This document shows positions 40,674-53,834 of a DNA stretch of 64,000 nt, one piece after another. Origin of the DNA: Phoronis australis (Eukaryota > Animalia > Phoronida). Positions within the stretch are counted from its first letter, which is position 1. Every line of letters starts with the position of its first letter. Both the position numbers and the translations under genes were made by a program. The notes under the pieces were generated by a model. The model was not told the origin of the DNA. It did no database searches and saw only the letters and a list, made by a program, of their open reading frames with translations. The stretch covers positions 1-64,000 of the forward strand of contig NMRA01000887.1 of assembly GCA_002633005.1 (NCBI GenBank). The letters run 5' to 3'.

Positions 40674-42179
40674 CTGAAATAAAGATCGCATACGTAGGTA
40701 ATACTCAGACAGCCGAGTTTTGGAACCCCCAAGGTAATGGTGATACAGTGTATATACCGTAATATTTTTGCAATGTGTTTCCCTGAAACCATAACCTGGA
40801 AAAAGGATGTTGAGTTGTAAATTACATGTAAAATGTTATTTAATTTGATGACAACGCAGCATAAAGAGATTTTCAATTCATTCAACTATTTTTAGCCATT
40901 TTTCGTTCTAACTCGAACGTGTAATTAGGCGCATTAGGTCTTTTTCGCGTTGACACAAATTGATTTGATCGATAGCAAACGAACAAGCGTAGCCAGAATC
41001 TTACACGATTGAACTCCGCCCCACTAAGGTATCTGAATGGTTTGAGGGACAGTTTCCATTTTTCCATAATCTTAGATAAGGTCGTATCTATCCTGACTGG
41101 GTATTGCTGTTCAAAATAAAAGATAAGTTATAATATAAACTGCTTGAACATAACAATTCTGAATTCCTCGTCAAATGCTGGCCATGTTTACTTTTTGAAC
41201 TGTCCGCCGTATTACGTATGCACGGAGTTTGATTGTGTTCATACGCAGCCGGTGCGAGGGTGCCGGCTTGACAACTACCAGTGGCCCCTGCATGTTGTTA
41301 CAGCAGACAAAAGACTGCACTCAACAGTTAACAAAGGAACCAGACGTCATCAGACATTCAGAATCGGCATGGTCTGGTAAAGTCAATGGACGGGAGAAAG
41401 CTCTTATGATACATTTTAGTGTAAACGGCGAGTCTCTTACCTAGAATTGCGGAAGCGTCCGTAAGCGCCCAGCCTTTCACTAATTTGGCTTGGACAGGCC
41501 CTAAGTCAGGACAGTATGTGGCAACACAAATTACGGATTTTTGAATCTACATTTGCGGTTCTTTACTCGTCTCAAATAATCCACGAAACTTAATATTTGA
41601 AATAGGAAGTAAATGGAACTCCATACACATGTCTACTTCTCTTGTTGATTTTTCCCGTGAACTATAATTTCCCAAGTCATGAACAGGTGGCTTCCGGAGA
41701 TGGCTTGACTCCCGGCCATCTTGGTTTTCACCTGAATCCTCGTGGACTAAGAGATCTATTATCGACACTTTCAGTCCGAGTGCCAGCTATTCAATTTTCA
41801 GTATTGAATGTTTAAAGTGGCATTAAACCCGTGTTCGCTGCAAAAACCAAGTCTTGATTTAGGCCAACTGTTTATAAGATTTGCTTTGCATTGTTCCTTA
41901 CTCGGGTTAGACGAGATTTATAGGTTCGGAAAGAATTGACAGTTGGCTATTTCTTCAGATTAAGCTCGTAAAGTTAAGTAAGTTCCATCACATCGTGACT
42001 TGGAATTGTTTGGGCTGAACTAATAGTAGTAGTAGTAATACACTTTATTCACGTTAAGACAAAAAATACAATTAATACAAATTTACGCTTATGGAGACTC
42101 CGTGAAGGATGCGAAGGGTCCTCTGACCACGGATCCACCAGAGAATAAAAAATACAGTTACATGTACAGATAATCCGAA

Positions 42180-42585
42180 AATAGCTAGAGGTAATAGTGT
42201 GAATAACCTTTTTATGTAATTTGAATATTCTATGATGTTCAAACCCCCATAGCAGAATGCCATAATTAAAATGAGGAAGGACAAGACCATTATATACAGT
42301 TTTCAAAGTTTCAAAGGGCAAGAAATGTTTAATGTTATTAGGAACACCACAGAATCTGCTTATCTTCCCCAACACATTGTTAATGTGTGGAGTCCATAAC
42401 AGGTTTTCGTTGATGGTAACACCAAGTAAATTGAATGAACGAACTCTTTTCAATTTCCAAGTTATTAAACTTTAAATAAAAATCATCAATACAGTTGGGG
42501 GTTAATGAAAAACCATGAATTTTGTTTTAGTTGCATTTAAAACCAGTCCATTTACATTTAAAAAGACTGAATTTTCTCCAGCTTC
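42180..42585 (-). mobile_element. Decayed CR1/L2-group LINE RT C-terminal fragment (intronic)
   Basis: NGLVLNATKTKFMVF, then RVRSFNLLGVTINENLLWTPHINNVLGKISR...LKTVYNGLVLPHFNYGILLWG. Confidence 0.85.
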
Positions 42586-43041
42586 CCACAAAACGTATGT
42601 GACTCATAGCGAACCTTCCGTTCTTTCCAAACCTAGAAAACACCTATCTTGACTAAAGAACAGTTCGAAGCTAATGCCATAGATGTGAGTGGCCCGAATC
42701 AAACCTATTTTCGACAGAAAGCACCAGATTAAAGCCGCTTGAAATTGCCTCGTGGGATTCATCGCTTGAAAAACCTGCTGTCAGGGCAGCGAATTTCTCA
42801 TGAAAGTCTCTTTTAGAGACTGCCTGGAATAGTAAACATTTACAAAGAGTGGCACAAGTAAGTGTAAAAGCCTCCTGAAACATGGAGTGTGAACATCTCA
42901 GATTAAGCGTGACTATGCCTTTTTATAGCTTGTTCCATGGAGGCATAAGGCTAGTCTGAACGGTACCCGAAGACATGTTTTTGCGTCTAGTAGCCACATT
43001 CTGGCATGGGTGGGACTCTAATTTAAACTTTCCGATCGTAC

Positions 43042-43317
43042 CTTCCTACACAGCGCTGACTTGTTCCATGTGAAGTAATAAAACAAATGCTGGACTCCTT
43101 GAATGGCTGCCATCACATGAGCAGTATCGGTTACCAGGAAACAAGTGGTGAACACGCTCAGGAAGTCGATTAAGAAGTACATGCGCTGGCGCACGAGGTC
43201 CTTTCTTGGCAACAGCCGGATGCGAAGTAGAACAGATACGTGGCACAAGAAATTATAGAATTCTGCGAAGCACAGAAACGAGGCAATGAAGCCCATTGTG
43301 GAAGCGCTCAACGACAT
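43042..43317 (-). CDS. Uncharacterised multi-pass membrane protein, first identified coding exon
   Basis: Acceptor tttcag|gtgaaaacATG at 43325. 92 codons MSLSASTMGFIASFLCFAEFYNFLCH...LPRKDLVRQRMYFLIDFLSVF...QGVQHLFYYFTWNKSALCRK. Donor AAG|gtacga, phase 0. Confidence 0.75.
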
Positions 43318-44072
43318 GTTTTCACCTGAAAGTCACATTTATATCACGTCAGGAATACCTAAAGTGTATCAAAGTGTACACAGAGTTTCTGCCTGTGGCC
43401 TATTTATAAAGGGGGCAAATTTTGAGCCAAATTAGATATTTAAGATAGTGGTTGAATTTAATTTACAATGAGCATTTTGCGTTACACTGTGCACAGAATG
43501 AGTTCAATTATCATGTCAGACAAATTGCACTTGGCAAAGGGACCCAAAAATGACCTTCAAATTTGAGAAAGCTCAATTATTCGAAGTATCACCGAAACAC
43601 ATAATCATCAGTACATCTGTCTGCCTTTAAGTGGCCCACGCCAGAAAAAATACTATCTCTGTTTCTGCTGAAAGGAACTCTTAAAATCGAGCCAATGAAA
43701 TACTAGTAGGAGATGTGAGCTTGATTAGACATTGGTACCGATGGCAACTAATTTAAGCAGCGATCGACGCTTAGTTCAGTGCCAAGTCGCATTTGACGAC
43801 CTGGCAAAAACCCTAGGCAGGTCGCCAAACGAAATCTAAGGTCGCCAAAACTGAAAATCAAAGGTAGGCGAACGAAGTATGATGTTGTCGGTTCGGCGTG
43901 AAAATCATTAACAAAAAAGACATTGAGGTTGTATGCGTACTCCTCCAACCCCCCCCCNTGTTCGTTCATTATTAGTTCCTCCCGCTAATGCGTATTTCAC
44001 CGAACTTGCTCGATTTTGCCAAAGAATTCCGACATCGGTCAGTTTACTTCCTGTTGTAATTAAGCAAACAAT

Positions 44073-44218
44073 AGGCACGAAAATTACGTGCGTAAGTTTA
44101 TTCTTGTTGGAGGCGTAAAGTAATTAGTTGCGGCTTAAAGTAATTATTAATATACGTCTCTAATAATTACTTTACACCTCTAGCAAGAATTAAGTTACGC
44201 ACGTAATTTCGGTGCGTA
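44073..44218. repeat. Short foldback element
   Basis: aaattacgtgcgtaagtttattcttgttggaggcgtaaagtaatta pairs with taattactttacacctctagcaagaattaagttacgcacgtaattt. Confidence 0.8.
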
Positions 44219-44419
44219 GAGTTCACCCATTTGGCCATCCACGGGAAGTTAAGCGCGTGGTGGCAAATGCACTGATTTCGCGAAATGAACGGAACAATTG
44301 TGAATCAAAGATAATGAATCTAGGAAAACTGTTGGTAATTTAAGGTCTGGAAGTAAACACGAACTCTGAAACGAATTTAGAGGGAATTATCATCTGACTT
44401 TGATACTGGCAGTGCTCGA

Positions 44420-46280
44420 CTGGTATTTGATCTAGAGTTGCAGTTATCGAATCAAGCCTAGTTCCATCGTTTCATTTGTTATTTTTGTTCGTCAAGCGAT
44501 ATTCTTGAGGTACATGTACGGTTCAATACAATCAGCGATTCTCGGCAAAATAAGTCAACACACGCGACAATTTAGGTCGTTCTTTATAAGCACTGACCTG
44601 TGGCCCTGGGTAGATGCTGTGAGAACATGTACAGGGTATTATGGAAAGAAGTTACAGTTGGCCTAAAGGAAAAGTTTAGGCCCTAAAAACATAATTGCTT
44701 AGCTAAGTGTGTGTTGGGTGGGGGGGGGCGTGAGTGTATTATTACTGATTTCAATTGTTTCGATAATAATTCATTTGTGCAATATTTACGTAATACCAGG
44801 AACCGTTTATTGTTAATTCGATTTCTGAGACGTAGACCTACTGTTATCTGTGGTATTTACCTATACCCGTGGAATAAAGATTTAAAAATCAAACGTTTAC
44901 CTTATAAATTAACCCAATCCAGCGCTTGTGTTGCTGACAGCTTACAGTGTATTTGCGAATGTCCCCACTCTTGGCGGACTGTCCAACTTTTTTATTTTTC
45001 CGCCATCCCACCTCACCGCTTTTTGACACACGGTCAAATTGCCTATTGTAATTTCCCACGCGACTTAGCCATATTTTCCAGTTCTACTAAAAAGAAAAAA
45101 GCGGGACGTTTCACGAGTTTTTTCGACACCAGCAATTCCCCATTCAACTATAAAACAACAGCAAAAAACACGCTGTACGGCATTTTTGGGTGTTACATCT
45201 GTCGTTCGGTAAAAATGCTGTCGGTACGTGAAATATTTCACCTTAAGTTTTGGCTTAGACCCAGATGTCCCGCTTTTTAATCCTAAGGTCCTGCTTTTTA
45301 ATACGATTGTTCCGTTTTTCCTTCTTGAATGTTGACCATGACAAGTATCCAACAGGTGTTCTAAATAACATTGTTTCTTTTTTGAACGTTGTCATTTTCC
45401 AGACTTCACTTTCTTTATTAACATAATAACCGTAAACATGTGTTCCAAAGTCTCTTGTATACGGTAACATATACTACATGTATCAGGATCACTAACTTTT
45501 ACTTTCTGAAGACAACTTTTACGGAATGTCCTACGCTGCAACCAATGTGTGACGAGCTATCCACAGTACATTTCAAAGCTACGTGATGTTTGCCATTTTG
45601 CATATATCAGTAAACCTTTATCTGCAAATTTCGGATAGATACATGGACTACCGTTAGTTTGTCGCACTTTTCTTAACTATGATGTTGCATTCTGAATTTT
45701 CTATGAAGGATATAATTGCATCAAACGGCACCAAAGGTCCAATTAATTATAACATATAAAGATGTATGGTTTTGGATGGATGCCTGACTTAGTATCCACA
45801 GCAAGTGTGAGGGGTCCATAGTCCGACTAAAACCCTTGTCTTTATAGAGTGCAAATCTTTTGAATCATAAAAATTAGTTCCCTTATGGCTTCTCTCTGGT
45901 TCTTTTACCTTCTTATATTTCTATTACACTCTTGGTTTTTTTAGAATATAGAAATATTTTTAAACCAGTCAGCTATGGAAATAATGATTATTTATGGATT
46001 AAATTATTTGTTTGCTACTACATGTATTTTAATCACCAAGAACTGACAAAGGACTTTCTAATGATATACCTCTTATGCAATTCGGTTGAAAAACGGCGGA
46101 TTTGCGAAAAGTTTTAATGACAGTAAATTCTATAGCAAATACACACACCAGAACAAACGAATGCAAACAACTCTCACGAATGCGCGGCGCAACCTCAGCG
46201 ACCACGTGATCGGAACTGGCATTCCAGGGCAAGGGTTTTTATGATTAGAGCGGGCATTCCAGGGCTAGAGTTCTGTGGGC
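44420..46280 (-). repeat. Long dispersed repeat, copy 2 (inverted relative to 9405-12148)
   Basis: Collinear reverse-complement blocks as listed for copy 1. Confidence 0.85.
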
Positions 46281-46961
46281 TGCGCAAGTCAACCCCAAAC
46301 CTAGCAGTCGTTCTATTCTGTTGGTTTTAAAGAACCGCATAAGCCGTTTTTGCAAACCGATAGCACTGTCCCGAAAATACATAAATGCTGCACACCTGCC
46401 AGGCAGCTCTCAAAAACTTTCTTCAAGACTGGCAAGTTAAATCAACACCACTCAGCGTCTCAATAAAAGTGAAAACCTCCATAACGACGAGGCGGCAATA
46501 TCGACACGTTATGTTTTATTGACAAATTCTTAAGGGCCGCTCACGGAGAGAGGGCCCATTGTTGGAGTGGATTAAATCCATTTCCATTTTTTATGTAATC
46601 GTACAACCGGCTTTCATGTTGAGGAAGCTCACTTCTTCAGAGTCACACAACGATGGAATGAACTGTCACTCTTTCCCGAGTTTAATGATGTTTAGCCTTT
46701 TATCATATTGAGGTGTCCCATTTCAGACGGGCCCTTTCAGGGTGGGGCGGTTTGGGGAATTGTCCCTCTGTCCCTCTATACATGTGAATCGAAGCTGCCA
46801 CGTATTTACGAGGGACAGCTGAAATTCCAAACTCAACAAAAACACCAAACATTCGTGCACAGCACGGCAGTATCAAGACATTCAATCCACACAAACAAAA
46901 AATGTTAAAAAAACAATACGATTGAATGCCACGGAAAGGGTGGAATTTTGAAGAACTTGAA

Positions 46962-47270
46962 GGCGAGCTAAGCTGCCTCTCTCAAATGAATCATAGCTGA
47001 GCGGATCGGCGACTAGCCCAATTCATCGCAACTCGTATTTTCACGCAGTTAGATCTCAGCTGCCGTTACCTGATGCAGCTCCCAGCTACCGTCAGTGGGC
47101 TGCATGGCCCTACGCTCATTCTTACTCTCAATGAAACTTTGGCGGTTCACGGATACTGGGTTCGGTGCAAATATGGCGGTATCCGGNNNNNNNNGATAGG
47201 AATGAGGGTAGTGTGGCAAAGAAGAATTGGTTTGTGCCACAAAATAATTTTTGTCTTCCTACGGGGCTGA
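46962..47270 (+). mobile_element. Partial copy (right part) of the element at 48364-48996
   Basis: cgagctaag(c/t)tgcct...tcacgc(a/t)gttagatctc and gaattggtttgtgcc...ttcctacggg are shared with 48797-48996. Confidence 0.75.
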
Positions 47271-48363
47271 ACAGGCTTCCGAAACCATAAAAATCCACGA
47301 CAGATTGGCATTAGGCCTACGTGTATGTTTAAATCCAACATAAATTTCTATATAATAATAAATATCACCTTTACAAAATATATGCTTTAGAGAACTAGAC
47401 TATGTTATTCCGGATATTTGGCTAAATGCATAAATTTGTTGCTGATGCTACTCACGGTTTTAATACTTTGTCTTTGGACTGAAATTATACAAATTGTAAA
47501 CAAACATGAAGAGATAAGGTCTCTGTTGCCCCAGGTCAGTTGCAAACCACTGGTTCTAAGCAATATCAAAACAAGACTGTCAGGACTGACCAAAAATTGA
47601 CTTGCTAGCCCGTCTACATGTAGACCTTCAAGTCGACTTTTATAAAGCTGAACACGTAGGCTACTGTGAAATACCTTGTTATCAGTCTTCAAATGATCTT
47701 GGCAGATTTCACGACGACTGAAGCAAAAAATGTTTAAAAGAGCAGGTAAGCTTATCTTATCAGTCACCTTCAGCCATGGCACACAACTAATCTGCGCCTA
47801 CGAATTGGCACTGCGCAACAATGTCAAGGTATCAGGCACTGACCGCGATAAGCGGCTATGAAACTCGCCACGACTCTTTCTGTAACTCTAATCTGCCCTC
47901 GATTGAAAACTCAAGCATGTCGAAACATGAGCACGTGCACGTGCGCTGAAATGACTTTAATATTTCGCCAGTTCTAATATCACTGGGTGGGGAGATGTAT
48001 TGTTGGCTTAGGCCTGCAGCCTTTTTATTTGTCACATGTTGAGCAGTACGGGACTCGTAATAGGCCGAGGGCCGTAACTCCAGTCAGTTCATCCTGTGAT
48101 CATTTCACGGGGGGAGAGGCAACTTCGTTTTTCCTGCTTCTTAGCTTGATGCATCTTTAAACATTTGATATTGCAAAATTCCCGGCATTCGAAGGTTATT
48201 TTGTAAAACGTTAGATTTTTATACTCTCCTACTTAGTGAGTAAGAGGTGACACTTCATTATGCATCTTTAGCCAATTACCGTAGTCTAGAAATTGAGACA
48301 GGTACAGAACTTATAATTCACTGTAGGTGCCACTACATATCTTGTTGTGACTTAACCACGTGT

Positions 48364-48996
48364 CAGGGCCGTAGGAATCGGGGAGACGGGGGAGGGGGCG
48401 CTCACGTGCCCCCTGCCCCAAACAATTGCAAGCTTCAGGATGGCAACCGACAAAGGCCTACATGTAGGCGTGGTGCCGGGGCGGTCGAGAAAGGAAAGAC
48501 CGCGAAACACGGAGATGAGAGAATATGCAGTACCAGTGAAAGGTTTACCCTTTGAGGGCCCTGGCCAGGATATTTTTGTTACAAATGCACCTTGGTTGTT
48601 TTGGGACACATTCTATCACTTTCCCCATCACGCCAGAAACTGGACTACTGGTGGTGTTTCAACAAGGGATTTTGAAACAGCCCCAAAGACCGCGGGACAT
48701 CACCTTTTAAAAAAATTCCTTCAAAGAATGACCATAATAAAGTAAATTTTCACAAAACTGTATCTGAACAAATCTTGACCAGTGCAGACGGATAGGCACG
48801 AGCTAAGTTGCCTGTCTCAAGTGAATCATAGCTGAGCTGACCAGTGACTAGCCTAGTTCATAGAATTTCGTATTTTCACGCTGTTAGATCTCTGCTGGGG
48901 GGCGGAGGTGGTGGCGATAAAAAGGGGGTAGTTTGCGGCGAAGTCGAATTGGTTTGTGCCCCCCCCCCAATAATTTTTGCCCTTCCTACGGGCCTG
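48364..48996. mobile_element. MITE with CAGG(G/C)CCGTAGGAA termini
   Basis: cagggccgtaggaa ... ttcctacgggcctg. Confidence 0.75.
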
Positions 48997-48999
48997 GTG

Positions 49000-49129
49000 C
49001 AGTGGCGGATTTAGAGGGGGCCAAGGGTGCCATTTTGGCAATTGGGAGGTGCGAATGTCTGACGAGCAAAATCCTGGCTAACACTCTGCCTGCCCCCCCC
49101 GCCAACTTAAAATCCTGGATCCGCCCCTG
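49000..49129. mobile_element. MITE family A copy inserted at the end of the preceding element
   Basis: tggtg|cagtggcggattta ... cctggatccgcccctg|tggtg. Confidence 0.85.
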
Positions 49130-49172
49130 TGGTGTTCATTAAGACTTCATTGTCGCAAGAAGTATCGGGTTA

Positions 49173-49569
49173 CAGGGATTTACCGTAAAAAAGCCCATGA
49201 GTGTGTATTGGGAAAATGAACGTTTTAGTAAAACCAAATAGACGTCCGGGCGTTTATTACGAAAAGGGGCGCGCGTTAACGGAAAGTCGGTTTAGCTACG
49301 CAAATGCCAACTGTGTTTGTAAATTTTATGTTAATAAATGCATAGTTCGCCCACACTTCGTTCGTTTTCATGAACGATAAATGCTCCAAAACACTGAATT
49401 TGTCACTTAAAAGTTGACGTGTGCTTTCAGGAGGAAATTTTCCGAATAAACACCCCACGCCAAAAGTTGTAACACCAAATAAACGCCCATGGGCGTTTGT
49501 TTGGCATAATTTTCCAAATAAACGTACGTGGGCGTTTCATCGGGTGGGCTTATCTACGGAAAATCCCCG
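49173..49569. mobile_element. Tc1/mariner-type MITE (TA TSD)
   Basis: ta|cagggatttaccgtaaaaaagccca ... tgggcttatctacggaaaatccccg|ta. Confidence 0.7.
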
Positions 49570-49609
49570 TAGCAACGTTAGGGTAATCCATCGCTATCAT
49601 CACTTTAAA

Positions 49610-50520
49610 GTTTATTTTTCAAACTCAACTGCTCCAAGTGTTATACTATACATACTCGACCCGCTGTAACCCTCAAATCCCCATTGGATTTTAACCATGT
49701 CTATCATTTGTGATATAAAGTGTGTATCCCGCAAACAATAGATGGTATAATTTTTATTTCTTAGGTAATCAAAAATATTGGCAGAGATTATTATAAAAGT
49801 GGGAGGGAAAAGGGGATTTTCATACACTCATTCACACTAACATTCGCTTGGTTTAATTAACTAAATTTATGTTTACATTTGCATAGGCGTGTGTTTATGA
49901 AAAACTAGTTATAAAAGTAACACTATATATTGTTTGAATTATTTTAAAGAGATGCCTGCATAAACCTCCGCTGTTCTTAAATTTTATCCGAGGTGTTAAA
50001 TACAATAAGGTTCACTGCGTCAAAAAGTATAAATTAAAAATTGAACTTATTAAAACAAGATTGAGACCCATCTCTAGATTTTTGTATATATATAATGTTG
50101 AGCATGAGTGTATGTGGTATGAAAGATTTCACTGAGATTGCCAAAGTAGCAAACTAAGAAGTGGTACATAGATGGATCAGTGTAGTAAGTTAAAAACTTT
50201 GCTTATAAAATGATGTAAAGAATTCCAGAAGCGTTTAACACAGAAGCAGCTGTAAAACATATGCTCAAACGTCTGGACCACGCCACAGTAAGGACATTGG
50301 TCAGTTTGTGAACTAGCAAATATTTTTAACATCTTGTTTGTATAAATTCTTTTGTCAATGAAAAAGTATTTAAACATTGCCAAATGAGGGTTTATGGGTA
50401 GATTGAAAAGGAGATTGTATGTTTCTTCAATTTCGTCGTTTGTTTAATAATTGAGTAAACACGCGTAGTTATCAGGTTTTACAGAAAACTTGTAAATAAA
50501 TACGTTTTAAATCCATGAAT
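49610..50520 (-). mobile_element. Decayed L1/Tx1-type LINE pieces (ORF2 C-terminal zinc knuckle, followed by an endonuclease N-terminus)
   Basis: RIYTNKMLKIF...CPYCGVVQTFEHMFYSCFCVKRFW at 50383-50177; IFDYLRNKNYTIYCLRDTHF...IQWGFEGY at ~49790-49660. Confidence 0.8.
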
Positions 50521-50559
50521 TGAAACTATTGATTAATAAAAATCTAATGTGGTTTTGTC

Positions 50560-52525
50560 CAACACGTCGCAGATGCCTTGACTCCACTCTGTGAACTGCC
50601 TAGCGGTAAAGGTCAAGCTATTGACTGGTCAGCTGACTGCCAAACTGTTTTTGAAAAGGCCAAAGACGCCCTTGAAGAAGCTGTGCTTTTGCGTCACCCT
50701 CATTCTACCTCCCCAACAAGCGTTAGGTCGATACGTCTAACAAGGCCATCGGTGCTCAACTGGCGCGACTTCAGGACGGTGCTTTGGTTCCTCTTGCTTT
50801 CTTCTCACGCAAACTTTCAGAAACAGAGCAGAAGTACAGCGCTTTAGACCGTGAGCTCCTGGCAGTCTATAACGCAGTTAAGCACTACATTTTCTAGAGG
50901 GCCGACCTTTCGCATTATACACTGATCACAAGCCCTTAGTGTCGGCATTGAACAGCGGCAGTGAGCGTTCCTACGTCAGGCACGGCACCTCGCTTTTATA
51001 ACCGAGTTCACTACGGACATCCGATACCTTTAGAGGCAAGTTTAACGTGGTGGCTGACGCACTATTCGTTTTGACATCAACGGCATATCTAATGACCCTC
51101 GCATCTTTTCTGTTCGTGACTTCAGCGAACTGGCTCATGACCAAGAAATGGCAGAGTATCGTACCGCTGCAACAGGCCTTGATCTGCAAGATATTCCATT
51201 TGGAACCTCGAACCTGCTTTGTGATACCTGCACTGGCACACACCGACCCGTGTTGCCCTCCACTTGGGTCCGTGCTGTTATTGATCGTATTCATGGTTTG
51301 TCTCACGCTGGTGCTCGCCCTACTCAGCCGGCAATCACTCAGCGTTATGTCTGGGGTGGTATGAAACGTAATACAAGGCGGTGGTGCAAAGAGTGTCATG
51401 CTTGTCAAGCTTTGAAGATGCATCGACACACGCATGTACCTTTGGTAGAACGCCCCGCTCCAGCCGCCAGCCGTTTCGCAGTTTCCACGTGGATCTTGTT
51501 GGCCCACTATACCAGCGGGCCAAGGCATGACCTATCTCTTCACGTTCATTGACTGTTTCACCCGAGGCCATACCTCTTCCTGACGCCCAAGCTTCGTCCT
51601 GTGTGGCTGCTCTTGTCCATCATTGGATTTCCCGCTTTGGTGTGCCTGTGGACATCACGTCTGATCGCGGTGCTCAATGCAACAAGCTTTTGGGTACCAC
51701 GATTCACATCAAAACTGCATACCACTCGCAGATGATAGAACGCTTTCACCGTGCCCTAAAGGCATCTCTCAAGGCGCGCGCTACCACTGATTTGCAGAAC
51801 TCCCACTGGTCTTGTTGGGGATACGTATGTCCTGGCAGGTGGATCGAGGCTGTTCTCCCGCTGAGCTTGTTTATGGGTCACCTCTTCACTTACCGGGCGA
51901 GTTTAATTTCTTCAGCCGTTCGACGCTCGTACGATGGAGCCGTACTCTATTTTCCTAAAGCATTTGCAACACACCCAACATGTACCGTGCAGCCTACACC
52001 ACCTAGTTTCCATGGCGGTCGACCCAGCTGTGTACCCTTCAACAAGGCATCTACTGGGTATGTGTATGTGCGCCACGATGCTTACCGTCATCCGCCCCAG
52101 CACCCCTACAGTGGCCCATATCGCATAAGTTCTATACGCTTGACATGAAAGGTTGCGAGCAGACGGTATCTGTTGATTGTCTCAAAGCCATCCAGTTCAT
52201 GACTTCGGATGACACCTTCACATCGTGTCCCCGCGATGCCACTACGCCATTAGTGCTACCCTGGACGTCTGTTGCTGAAGATCAACCTTTTACTGTTACT
52301 CGTTATGGTCGCGCTTGGTAGTGCGTTTTCGTTGATTCTCCACCCACTTCGGATTCAACATTGTCCTCCGCTAGGAAGGGGGACTTTGTTGTCACCTACA
52401 CTGTATCAGTTATAACGATGAGTTTAGTCACTGCAGTTTAGTCTCGTTTTCAGTTATTCCAAGTGTCTGCGTCAATATAGTAATTTATTCACTTACAATT
52501 GCGTATTTTTCTGTGCTCTACACCA
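50560..52525 (+). mobile_element. 5'-truncated, decayed Ty3/Gypsy LTR retrotransposon (RT connection, RNase H, integrase, PPT, 3' LTR)
   Basis: DWSADCQTVFEKAK; VDTSNKAIGA...PLAFFSRKLSETEQKYSALDRELLAVY; TDHKPL; NVVADAL; HGLSH...CHAC; WISRFGVPVDITSDRGAQ; IERFHRALK; PYSGPY. Polypurine run aggaaggggg at ~52373-52382, then a TG...CA segment at 52387-52525. Many frameshifts. Confidence 0.92.
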
Positions 52526-52593
52526 TCAATTAGTTATATTTCTATTAACTTTCAGTAAAATAATGGTCAAACAGCAATCAGCTAAGTCTGAAT

Positions 52594-52706
52594 TTAGCAA
52601 AATCGACAGCTCTTGCGACAATTTCGATTCATGTAGCCTCTTGAGTTTGAACAATAGCCATTTCTCGCCCAGTACTCACAGAACTGGTTGCTGTCAGAAC
52701 AGGAAC
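52594..52706 (-). CDS. Zn-peptidase-ShKT gene, exon 8 (ShKT domain 2 and stop)
   Basis: tgttgtttcag|GT, phase 1. Reads GSCSDSNQFCEYWARNGYCSNSRGYMNRNCRKSCRFC*. Confidence 0.92.
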
Positions 52707-53834
52707 CTGAAACAACAGATTGCAAAGTGTACTGTCAGTGTAAAGATTCGTTAAATAGCCATGCAAATTCACTGTTCTCAACGACAGCTTTCCTTACACT
52801 CGAGCGAAACTGTGAAATGCATGTTCTTTGATTATAACCTAGATACGTTTTCAAGATTTTGACATTGCCTGATCATGAAAATCTGAATTGCCAAACAAAG
52901 TTGGTTCCTTTTTTGTTTTTCAAAATTGGTACTAAGCTTTCAGTTTCAAACATGCGGGCAAAACCATGACTGCGTGTTGCACTTGCTGCAAGAAGTCTTT
53001 GCTTTTGGAACAAAGAGAATGAATGCCATTAGGCCATATTCCATTTGACTGTAGGAAGCCTAGAAAATCACTTCCGGCCACTTTTTGGGGCATGTGAAGT
53101 CGCACACTCATTCAATAATTCATGGTTTCAGCAGTGTCCTTCCTAGCTGGCCCAAAACTGTTGTTTGCGGAAACACAAAATGATTCAGGAACATGCCAAG
53201 AATTGTATGTATGTTAGTATGATAACACTTGCCACTTTACTTGACTTTCCTTAATTCCAATCTACTGCCTGCTGGTTTATGAGCCTTGACCCTTGGTAAT
53301 TACCAATTACTTGCACACCCACCCAAGAATTAATACTTTTCAATGAAGACAGTAGCTTCAAACAAGTTAGCCAAGCCAACAGGATAACATCAGTTGGCTG
53401 TCCTCTGATGAATGCTTTCATGAAGCAGACAACTTGGGAATGGGAAAGATACGGACACAATATTTTCCTGGCATTTGATTGGCTGTTCAGGTCATTTTGC
53501 ACTGACAACTGGTGGCTAACATGTTAGCTTAGGCAAATTTTTCCAACTTTTAAATTAAAGTTATTACTAAACGTTTAGGTGAAAGATAGGAGAGCTGGGA
53601 CTATGGCCTACATTCCAAAATTCATGAATTCTGCACGCATTACATGAGATCTGCAGGTGGCGCTAAACGCTTGTTCACTAAAGACGTGCCTCCCGTTCAG
53701 TAACGCTAGGACCTCCCTAGAAAGCAAGCATTCGCGAGATTACGTGAGTTACTGAACGCACGTCTGATCGCTGTCCGACGCGGTGTTAGTGAATTTCAAT
53801 ATGGCGCTGCTTAATTTCGAAAGTCAGCTGTTAC

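Noticed and set aside
44711-45280. 189-aa ORF and other long ORF-track entries (11018-11509, 20222-20716)
   Set aside because: None has a recognisable domain. The first two lie in the repeat pair, where the frame is not conserved between copies.
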